Source of the DNA: Auanema rhodensis
Lineage: Eukaryota; Animalia; Nematoda
DNA: 64,000 nucleotides
Reading direction: 5' to 3'
Assembly (NCBI GenBank): GCA_964057225.1
Contig: OZ059898.1
Span: forward strand, 5,890,001-5,954,000
Part shown: positions 14,701 through 26,400 of the stretch, piece after piece
How positions within the stretch are numbered: position 1 is the stretch's first letter
How the letters are laid out: each line of letters starts with the position of its first letter
Program-made: the position numbers and the translations under genes
The notes under the pieces: generated by a model
What the model saw: only the letters and a program-made list of their open reading frames with translations
Told to the model about the DNA's origin: nothing
Databases searched by the model: none

Positions 14701-16763
14701 TGAGGATATAAACATTACTAAGAAAATATAATCTTTATATTATTAATTTAGCATGAAAACTATGTTAAATTATAAAAAAAAAGATTTTGCTGAACATTCG
14801 TATGAATGTGACGCCAATACGGAAACGAGAAAAAGAAAAAGAATCGTGGGTGTAATCTTAGTGAGACATAAAAATAATTAAACAGATATTCCATTGGTAG
14901 AAAATGGCCTTTATTTAAAAGGAATTTCTACAAGTGATGCAAATCTAAGAATTGAGATCATTCTATAGAAGATTTCATCAAAGTATCGTAAACCTAATGA
15001 ATTACTTTAAAAATAAAGTTATTGTTTATTCAATTCGATGCAAAAGCCAGAAGCCTCTATAGGTTGTGGACCATCTCCGAGATGCTTGGGCGGCTCTTTA
15101 CGAAGTATTTAATTTCAAAAAAAAATTTAAATAATAAATTGAAAAATGCATAATTGATCTGATACATTTTAATACATTTTTTCAATATTTATGTTTTTTT
15201 TCTTTTATGTTAATATAAAAACCTATTTTTTTGGACATTTTCACTATGAACAGTATATGAGAAGCTTTATTGACGTCATTGTTGTATACATATAATAGGC
15301 TATAACTAAAAGGAGTGTCTGTCAATATTACTATATACATAAGCTTGAACGAACTTGAAAACTTTAATGCACTATTTATCATTTTATTATAAAAAAAAAG
15401 ATTTTTAGTATTTTAATCGAAATAAACGAATATTGAAACAGTTCACACCAATAAAACGAATGAGGTTTAAGAAAATTTTAAGTATCATATTTTCTATGAC
15501 TTACATTAAAATTTGTAACTTTTTTCCTTTTACAAGTGGATGAAAGAGAATAATATATGTTGTATTTAATTTCTCATAATTTCATGATAAACCATATAAT
15601 ATTTTTTATTAAACTATAAAGTGATGTTTCATTGTTTGATAAGTTTCACTGTGAAAATAATTACGGTGAAATGATACAATGACATAATTTCGAATATAAA
15701 ATCTTAAGGTACGCAATTTGAATGAATGTTATCTCATACTATATCTTATAAATATGCAATAAAACTCTAAAGTACTTTTAGCCTTTATATAGCTAGTTAG
15801 AAAGCTAGAAGTTATCAGTTGTAAGTTTCTGCTCACCGACTTTAAGATGCATCATCACTCTCATCATCATGGAAGATGTAAGTTTCTTCATTTTTTATTT
15901 TAAAAAAACTGGTATATCTCTGATATACGTTATACAAATTAGTCATCAGGTTTATCTAAGATTCAGCATTTTTTCTATTGTATAGGAAATTAATTTCTTA
16001 TCTTAATAAGTGATGCGAAAATTGTAATACAACCAACGTGGAATATACAAATCTTAATTGCTTCTAGACTAAATGGTTTTTGTTCTCCATCAGATGAAAT
16101 TAAATGAAACATTGTTATTATAATATTTTTGCAAATTGATTGATTGAAACCGTTTATATCAAAGAGTAGAACCTTAGAGAAAAAGATTTTCGAAGTATTA
16201 AGATAGTTTATAGAAAAATATATGATAAGAACGTTTGTTTTGTATTATATATACATATAATACATAATATCTATATGTATATTTTATATTATATATCAAG
16301 TAAAAATATTCTAAATATTGTTTGTAATATACTATAAACTTCAACATTCTTTAATCTGAAACTATAAAATTATAAATCTTAAGAATCTTTTTTTTTCTGT
16401 AACGTATGTATTAAACACTTGGATGATTCACAGATTGCTAAGAGCATATAGGCGTTTTCTATAAAAAGGGATTTAAACTGTCATCACTATATCTTCAAAT
16501 GGAATTTTTGTTTATAATTCCAATGAGTCATTCATAGAAATATGATGGTCCTGCCTCCTTTTTACCCTGGAAGATAAGAATTAACACTGATAAACCCTAA
16601 GCGATTTCAATAAAAGGGCTGAAAAATATAGCTTGTTGTCATATGATTATTCCTGTATAATCTGTTCTAGAATAGAAGTATTCTTGAATTTAATTTTCTT
16701 TTTAAATTATTTATATTTTGATTTTAACAACATTCAAGCTTCATCTGCCAAATTTCAGCAGCA

Positions 16764-17679
16764 ATGATTGGATCTGGTGCCGCCGTTAACTTCGGAAACG
16801 AATTCTTCAACATCGTAAGAATATCTAGAGAAGACGTTAAGTTAATTGTCTTCTTCTTTACAGTCCTGCCCAATTGAGATCCCAATTCAAGGATTCGGTA
16901 ATGGCCAACATCTCCGTGTTGTCTGCGTCCCAACCCGTGGACAAGAGAACAGATTCCACGTAAGTTGAAGAAGTGAGATAATCAAAGTAAATTTGTATTC
17001 CAGGTAAACCTTCATAGCCCCCAAGACATTCTTCTTCACTTCAACGTTCGCTTCGACGTAAGTTTTAAAAAAATTATAGAAAATTCGATAATAAGTAGCT
17101 TTGATAAGAAAGTATTACTGATTGTATGAACAAAAAGCTTAATAATGTAACCAAGAAAAAGATATTTTTCTTTACAAATAATCAAAAATTAAATAACATT
17201 TGGAAAAAAATATCAATATCTTTAGGTTCATCTAAGACATTTAACTAATTCAATTTATTCAGGAGCGCGCTATTGTCCGTAACTCCACTCACGGAGGAGC
17301 TTGGCAAAACGAGGAGAGACACTGCCACGACCACTTCCCATTCGAGCACGACAGAGTTTACACTCTTGAGTTCATTTCCCAACACGGACACATTCACGTG
17401 AGTTTCAAAAATAATTAAAATTGTCTTTAGAATATCAGATTTAAAATTAGGTCTTCTGATCATGCCAAAACATAATTTGCTCTTTTATAGGTCAAGCTTA
17501 ACGGAAGACCATTCGTTGACTTCGCCGAACGTGTTCCAGGATACGATGCCAACCTCATCACCGTAAATATTTTTATTTATTTTTTCTAAATTTATAAATC
17601 GAAAAGAACGGTTCTTTAAAAATTATTTTTTCAGATTGGTGGAGATGTCGCCGTCCACTCAGTCCACGTTTCCCATTAA
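16764..17679 (+). CDS. lec-6: Prototype single-CRD galectin, LEC-6-like
   Basis: Six exons give MIGSGAAVNFGNEFFNI / SCPIEIPIQGFGNGQHLRVVCVPTRGQENRFH / VNLHSPQDILLHFNVRFD / ERAIVRNSTHGGAWQNEERH...RVYTLEFISQHGHIH / VKLNGRPFVDFAERVPGYDANLIT / IGGDVAVHSVHVSH-stop. The galectin sugar-binding motifs HxNxR, VxN and WxxExR are intact. Both termini closely resemble C. elegans LEC-6 as I recall it. TTTCAG lies 5 nt before the ATG. Confidence 0.92.
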
Positions 17680-20416
17680 GCCCTAATAAAAAACAGTTTT
17701 TGCTATTTTAATAAATGATTGGTACATTGATAACTTCCTCTTATTTTATAATTCTGGAAAAATTATTGGTGTCAAACAAAAGAAAAAACCTCGAATCCAA
17801 GAAAAAAAATTTGATAAATGAAACAGGAAGTTATTCGAGAACAACCGATCATCACGTCTCTAAAGCTTAAAAAAATTTTAGAACGAGTCTATATTCAGAT
17901 GATTTTCATATTTTGCTGTGACGAGGAATCAAAATACTCGAAATCAAACTTGCCCTTAAAGGTCTGTCACCGATCACTACAAGAAAAATCAATAGACAGA
18001 GCCGACAATTGGGGTCGTCGGACGTAGTAGTATGTGGGTTTAGAGAGAATATCAACCGCAGAGAGATTAAAGAATCAGAGACAGACAGCCTACGTTGTTT
18101 AGGTTTTAGGAGAACGAGGTGGAGAAGAGAGTTGAAAGGTTTGGTATGTAGAGTGAAATAATAATAGAGAGGTTGAAAGAAGAGAGAAAGGAAGTGAGAG
18201 TTAGAGAGAAAGAGATATGAAGGAACGTGAGGAAAGATGACCAGTTGGAGAAAAGAAAATTATAATGAATACCTAACTCTATTTCTACCTGCAATCTTTT
18301 TCATCAAAATATATGTATATATTTCATATTATGTCAACTATGCTATTTATACCCCTTAATTTTTCGTTTTCAACCAAATAATATTGAATTTGCAATTTTT
18401 TCTTTTAAGTGAGCTTCATTGTCGTATGTTTCTATCAAACAGCGTTATGGCTCAAATCCATCTTTGTTTGCTTTATTCCTCCTTTGAATCAGTTTTCTTT
18501 CTTGTTAGTCTAATCTTACTAGAAGGCATGTGTTCAACATACATCATACTTTGTAGTTTAACTGAGATTCGAGATATTTTACTTCGTATACTTGTTTTAA
18601 TGTATTAATATAATATAATATGTCACCATATCGATTAGTTTATCTTTTTTATTTCCGAAAACCCATATAGATAGTTCTTCATATAACTTCTATTTTCAAT
18701 TTTCATTTCATTTTTTATAATTCAAAAGTAATTCAGGCCACTTAGAGAATTGTTCACATTGTTACCTGAATTCATCACCTTTTTTTCATTGATTATGTTT
18801 CGAACTATTAAAAATCCAAATAAACTGTTTGTACTAATTGTTCCACGTTGTAATTCCAACTCTAGACAATTGCTTTGTCTCAAAAGTGCCACGATATAGA
18901 TATATGAGTCTAATATACTACATCAATGATATTTGAACAACAGACTATTTGGCAAATTTGCTTAATATTTCATTTTCATTTAATGTTTCAAACTTATCTT
19001 TTATAACTTTAGATATTTCTATAAAATCGTAATATTCTCAAACTTTTTATATAATCTTTCCTTGATTACTTACAATCAGGTTCTCATTTTTTTCTATTTT
19101 TAAATTTTTACTCTTATTTGTTTATTTTGATGTAAAACATTTGCAAATTTTTGCACATATTGCTTATTTTCGTGTTAATTTCTTTCAATTCATATCCCTC
19201 GGCTGTCATTTGATACTTAATTATCAGAATATTTTAATCTTTTTCGATAATGTTTTGTCTTGATATTTAGGTAATACCTTTAACTCAATGTTTGATTAAA
19301 TAATTATTTTACAATATCTTATTTCTTATATTTTCTGTTTGTTTATCATTTTTAATTATTTTCCATAATTTTGACCAATTCTCATCTCTTTAATGGTTTA
19401 TAAAATTTTTATAATAGAAATATTACTATTATTGTTTTACTATTTCTCTTCATTCAGTTATTAACAGCTTCAAGTGGATTCTTCATATATATTATATATT
19501 ATTCAATCCTCATGCAACTACTCAATTCGTACAATTCATTCTATTCGCTATAATTTCCAATATTTTTTCTTAAGAAATAACCTACTCACCATTGAACTTA
19601 TTTCGAATTGTTGAACATTAACGCTATTGTTCTTCACATGTTCTCTTTAATACATTTGAAGCCTCATGTAATTAAGTTTTTTTTCAGTTGTTGCTTGTAA
19701 CTCAAATCTTCCCTTGTCCTTTTGAGACACACCAGATCTTATATTCTTCTGTTTTACTTTTTGCGGCATTGTTTTCCTCCGTTTGTTTTTCTGTTCGAGG
19801 TTCATAACCTTTTTTTTATTTGAACTTCTTTTTTCATGTCTTGTACATCCGTTATAAATTCTATATCTCTTCTTACATGCCAGCTAACATATTCATTTTA
19901 CTCTTTTTTTGTCCTGTTTTACTCTCTATATTTCTATCATAATTTTCTACCAAACTATTTTTTTTACAAATACCTGAACGAATCTTTATCTAGGATTCCT
20001 TTAAGTTTTTATCATATATAATGCTTCGAAGAAGCCTTATATTACTGAAGTTGTAAATAAAACAGAATTGAATTGGAATTTTCCTCATTTTCCAATATCC
20101 ATTTCTATAAACCCTATCATATTTTCAATTTTTTCACTCAAATATTTCGTTGCATTGAAACGCTTTGCTATACTTCAATTTTTTAAATTCAAATAGTATC
20201 TTCAAGAAACTTGTAGTTTTTTTATTTATGCGCTTTTATTATTTATTTCTATACTTTATTTTATACACTAATTTTTATATTCAATTTCATAGCATCTGAA
20301 CTTGGTTAATTCTCTGTTCATAATTTATTTTTTGAAATAAACTCACTCAAATTCGTGTTATTTATATATTAAAGCTTCTCGATTTGGAAAGTTTTCTAAA
20401 TATTAGTCTTTTTAGG

Positions 20417-23400
20417 ATGGCAAAAGGGGGTTCGAAAACTAAACCAGAGAAAAAGGCTGTTGCAGCAGACTCACAAGTTTCATCGAATCAGCATTCAATA
20501 TGGTGGATTGGTTCTGTTATATTAATAGGTACGAGCATTTAATTATAATATAAATATATGAAAAATATTTTATTTACAAATGAAATCGCATATCTATGTA
20601 CATTGATGTCCAAAAGTATTTGGGTGAAACTTTTTCTTAATAATATTAAGAATGTGGATAAACTATCATGGCCAATTTATATAGAAATATATTTTTAATA
20701 CAAAAGCTGAAATTCTATTAAATGTTCTCAGACCATTTTAATAGTTTGATGTTCCTGATTTTATTAAATGAAAAATTTCCAAATACTCTCTTCCAATAAA
20801 AATAATATATTGGAATAAAATATATTTCAAACTATGTATGCCCGGATAAAAATGATATAAAACATCGTTAATTTGTTTGTTTGTTTGTTTTTTTAAGCAA
20901 AAAACACACATGTATATTCTCTAATAGAGAAAAATCTTATTGCTGATAAATACAGCAAAGAGCATATGCTCTTGAGGTAACGTGTTCTAATGTCTGAAAA
21001 TCGAAGTTGAATGATTGAAATTTTGGAAGAGAGAGCGACTACAAGAATATTAGAAGATTCAGAATGTATATGAATGGGAATTCCTGCCCTAATTGATAGT
21101 GTCATCGCGTCATTTCAATTATACTCGTATTGACCACGTATGGGATTATAACAACCGGCAAAGCTGTTGTTCATTTTCTCAAAAAATTCGCGCAACACCT
21201 AAACTCATTTTGATTTCAAATAAATACAAATCTCCTAAAGCTTACTAATTGCTCGTGATGAGGACGAGACTCGATCATTGCTCGATAATAATCTTTGAGA
21301 GAATGTATGAGATCATGCTTTCTCAGTCGTTCCAGAGATCTGAAAGGAGAGCGATCAGTAAGAGTTTAAATCAAGGCTTTCATACGTTTTTTCCACATCT
21401 GACACATTGTTTATGATGTGTTGAAGAACTTCAGGTGGTTGATTATTAGTTCGCCAATTCTCGAATTCGTGACGATCCGAGTCTGAGAAGCTACTAAGCT
21501 GCAATAAAATAATTGAATAAGTTACAGAATATATATAGGAAGCTGAGTAAACCGAGAATTGTTTTCACTCACTTGGCTAGTAATGATATTGTCCACCAGT
21601 TCACAATTTTCTTCACGTGCTGCTCGATCAAGTTCAATTCTAGATTCCATTGGCATAGTTTCTACAGCTCGACGAACACATCGTGGACTATCGGCATAGC
21701 AGTCTAATCCCCCTAAATTATTAGATGGTTTGATGAAGATATTTGCATACAAATAATTTTCAATCCCCAAAAAAACAATTTTCTGAACTATTACCTCCAT
21801 TGAAATCCCGTTTTCCACTTAGCCAAGCTTTGAGTGCTGCCCACAGTCTAGCCCAAAAAGACATTTCTAACGCTTCAGCGGATTTTCTGAATTCAAACAG
21901 TTCAATGATTGTATTTGCTTAAAATCAATGAAGATGTTTATTGTGAATGTGAATACCTTTCTGCAAAATATTCCAAAATAGCAACTTGATCTATAACGGG
22001 TAATATTGGTGTTAGCTGTGAATTCCATATTCCTCGTATCACACTATAGATACTGGCGTTCTGAAAAGATCCACATGTAATCATCGTTTTTGAATTAATG
22101 TATGAATTGAAATCAGAAAAAAATTAATTATTATACGTGATATGCTTCTACCAAGTCTACATATAGCTTATTATCTTCTGTTTGAATGAAGCTAACAAAA
22201 TCCGTATTGTTAGCTTCAAATTCCGATATAATTTCCGCTATGCTATTTTCCTGTAATTATAGCTTATGACTTATACATCTGTGTACAAACCTTTTGCTTC
22301 TGATCAATCATTGTTTTTAGTTGAGCATATCCTTTTTGATTCATATATTCTGCTAGATTTTGTGTATCATTCTCAGGTAATGCTATTAGAAGATAAAATA
22401 AGGGGAAATAATTTTCCAATAGTCGATAAGGCTCTAAGTCAGTTGTTGACGATACATCTGTACTGGTAAGATCATGGATGTTACCATTTTGAACAGCTTC
22501 ATCAGTTGCTACTAATAATTTTGTAGCGAGAGTGGATAAGTTAGTAAGAGGTATTGTTGTACTTGTAGAACCAGTTACGGAAGCAGATGTTGCCTGATCT
22601 GCTGTAGCATCGTTCGAAGCTAGTATGACAGGTGGCAAAAATAAAAAAATTAGAATCAGCATGTATGGAATATGTATGCAGTGAGTTGTTCTATAAAATG
22701 CTGTATTGTCTCCTGAAAAAGAAGAAATGAGATATTTAGCCAATCAGCTTTTTTTCCTGAATGAATGCAAGTATCCTAATGCGAATGTTATCGGGGGGAT
22801 GGTGATAATCGAGAACAACCGGTCGTCAACTATTAGAAACATAACAATGAACGTTCACGCATAATAGCCGATGTCTATTTATTCTTTTTTTTTTTCAAAA
22901 AAAAAAAGACGACGGCATCGTACATGCATAAACGATATAGAATAAGAGAAATGTATGTATATATACAGAAGTCAAAATAGGAAATATGTTGCAAACAAAA
23001 GGAAGTGCGGAAGATGTCGACGTCATGTCAATTGCCCGCCAACATGTTCTGATGATTCTAGAAATAGAATTAAGAAAATCAGTTCAATGTATATCTTCAA
23101 CTATTTTTTTTTCTCTCGTATTTTTTCTACGGAGAAGAGGCAAAAATTTTATGTACTAAAGCGATATTTAAAGCAGACTGTATTCGACCCCGAAAAATTT
23201 GGATTCGAGTGGCCAATCTTTACTAAAAGAATATGAGAAACAGAGACTATAGTTAGAACACATTGAAAATTTTGAGATCGAGAGAATTAAATTTAAGAAA
23301 AAGAAGGTGAACTAAAGAAAGAGGAAACAGAGAGAAGTAGAATATTTTGAAAAAAGAAGATGAGTGCTATATAAGAAATAGACGAAGTTCATTCTGTAGT

Positions 23401-26400
23401 TGCAACGATATTTTTCTGAGAAAAGAAAAGAAGTAGTCGAATTGACCGTCAATAGTTTTGATTCATGATCAACGACATTAGCGTTACAGCTGGCAGTCAG
23501 ATTGCTCCTCAAAAAGTTTGTGAGACTGCCATGCAAAGATAATTACTTCTTTCCATTTTACCTGAAGTAATGCTACTTCTTCGGTTGCCTAGGTTGCAGT
23601 TCTGAACTTTCCCTCTCTTTCTTGTCATTATTCTTTTTCACCATCTCTGATCCTTCTTTTGAATCTTTTTGAAATTTAACGAAAAGCCTTATGAGAAATG
23701 TAATTATTTTCCTGTGGTGGTCCATTTCTACTGCATTTATGTTTTATTACTTTTTCAAGAAATCATATAAAAGTCGTATTTTTTGATGTGAAATTAATGT
23801 TCAACGATGTTGATTAGTTGTAGGTTGTGTTAAAGGTGTAAAAGAAATATTTCAAAATATTTCAAATTAAAGTATAAATTAAGAATAGAAAATGATCAAA
23901 TAAATGTAAATTGATAAATTCACTACTAAAGAAACAAGTTATAAATAAAATGTTGAAAAAAGGTCATAGTTAAGAGTAAATAATGAGCATGCTAAGTATA
24001 AACATATGACGAAGTGTAATGCTTGATTCAATTTTTCTCAAAGTTCTGTTTTACCAAAAAAAAATTGTAAGAGATGTACAAAGTGCCGTTTAATGAAATG
24101 TTTCATATGATTTACATCTAAATTGGATAAGATATTATGAAAATAATTATTTTAAAGCTTTATATACTATATGGTAACATAGAAGAGTAACGATTGCCTA
24201 GCAGGCTAACAAGCCACAGAAAGAGAATGAGAGAAATTGGAAAAGGAATGCAAAGGGATTGACACATGAATTATAGGTTTCTCTTCGTTTTCTTGTGACC
24301 AGGTAATTTTCCGGTCGATTAACCGGATGGCAATTGACAATAAGTAATGTGAAATTGCCAAAGATGATGAAGCTTGACACAGTCATTGAAGTAATGACGA
24401 TAATCATCATTTTCTCGACTAGTATATAACTATTAGATAGACAGTTATATTCAATTAATTTGATAAAGAGCTATGAAGAATATTTTATAACATATATTTA
24501 TACATAATATATAATCTTACATATTTTTTATGCACAATGTACGCTAAGCTAAAATATAAAAATTAAAGCTTATGATAGTGATGACGCAAAAAAGGAGAAC
24601 GAACGACTTTCTTGTAATGGTCATGATATAGAATAAAAATCTAAATATTTGCTTTTGGCTTCAAATTTTATCTTTTTTTCATATATTACATTCATGTATG
24701 TATATTCATTCATTGATTCATTCATACATATGTATATTATTTATAATATTTAGTATTGAACTAAAGTTGTTCGAAAAGTTTGATCAGATTGTGAATTAAA
24801 GTTCAACTACAACATGAAAAAAGGATATTTAAAAAAAGGAAAAGAAGAAAGAGCTAAAATAAAGGTATTAATAGCTTGCAAATATTATTTACTTATTTAT
24901 AAAATGCTAGAAATACATGTAAATTAATTAGATAATACCATCAGTTTAATTAGAAGATGAGGTAAAGAATATGAGCGAGATATAACAGCTATTATCTTCA
25001 TCTTTCTGAATAGAAATTAGGACTGTATTGATAATCAAATCGATCTCAATATCACATCAATCGATCTTTCATATAATAATGATAATTGGGCATAAACATC
25101 CGTCTTAGTCATATCACACATACAGTTCAATCATCATAATCGCATATACGAAAATACAGAATATTTTGTTCTCTTTTGTATTTCGAATTATAAACATTGA
25201 ATTGATTTAATGAAAATTCGGAAATTTATATCTTCAATTCAATTACATATAATCTTTTTCTTAATTCAAAGTTTCTTTTTCTGTCCGAATGTTTTGAAAT
25301 GATTAAGTCTCGTTTAAAGTTTTTTTTCAATAAAAACGAACTTGAACTGAGTCCAATGAATTACATCCAATAAAAGTTTTCGATTTTATATAATTTTTTG
25401 AGAAAATTAGAAAAGTTCTCTATATCAAAAATCTCTGTAGGATGTTGAGGTTGATAAATGGATGACACAGTTAATACTAGTGCATGATCGACAAGTTGCT
25501 TCTGTAAGAACCAAAAGATGAATCAAGAATCGTTCAATCCAATCTCGTGGTTCTTTTGTTTTCAGAAGTTACACTTCCTCAGTTATCTATTGAGTTTTGG
25601 TGAATTTAAATGAGTCACATGACTGGAAACATTGCCCATTTCCCCTCGTTCTCTCTCTCTCTCTCGAACCAATTTCTCTTTAAGTTTAGCATTTAATTTG
25701 CTATCCCTTTCCTCTCTCTATGCTTCTATTTCTCTCTCTATTTGAAGCATTCGAATTTCATGAACTTTTTAATGATATCGAAGATTAGAAGAGATTTATC
25801 AATCATTCTGGCTGAGAGCCAGTTCGGTAACAAGTTTAGAGTTTTACAGAAGATAATGATAGAATGGGATAGTACAAGTTGAAAAGCTAGAAACAACAAT
25901 TCGTTTTGCAAAACAAAAAATAATTTTTTTATATATTATAGAAGCAGCTTGCTCTTTAAGCTTATAACAACGTCTATACTATAGAAAACGACATATAAAC
26001 TGTAACAAATGCAGAAGGATGATGAAGCTATAAAAAATCAAAATGTATCCTGTTTATTTTCTTTTATAAAAGGAAATCTTTCTTTCCTTTCTCTGAAAGG
26101 ATTTCAAAGAGGTAGATAATTTGAGGAATGGGATAAAAAAGAGGAGAGATATAGAGAGAAAGGGGGAGAAAAAAAAGAGAAAGGGACGAGGTGAAGAAAG
26201 GACCAATGCAAGGAAAATAGTTCGTAAGAGAAATGAAGATATAATTCTATTTGTATTATGATGTACTTGTTTTGCCTATTTACAAAAGATTCTCTCTGAA
26301 CTAGTTCTGTCCACATGTGTTCATATTCAGATATGTAGACGATGAGGCCGAGAAACAGGCACAGAAATAGACAACCGTAAATGAACTGACTTAAGAGGAA

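Noticed and set aside
7393-15279. TGACGTCA (CRE) palindromes at about 7393, 11335 and 15272
   Set aside because: They are about 4 kb apart, not clustered at a promoter, and cannot be assigned to a gene.
6738-16700. Short ORFs listed in the 10-kb gap
   Set aside because: All are I/F/K/Y/N-biased, typical of AT-rich non-coding DNA, and do not splice into a coherent protein.
24198-24410. 70-aa minus-strand ORF with a hydrophobic start and RKRR
   Set aside because: It resembles a prepropeptide only superficially, with no convincing splice structure or family motif; hydrophobic ORFs are common in AT-rich DNA.
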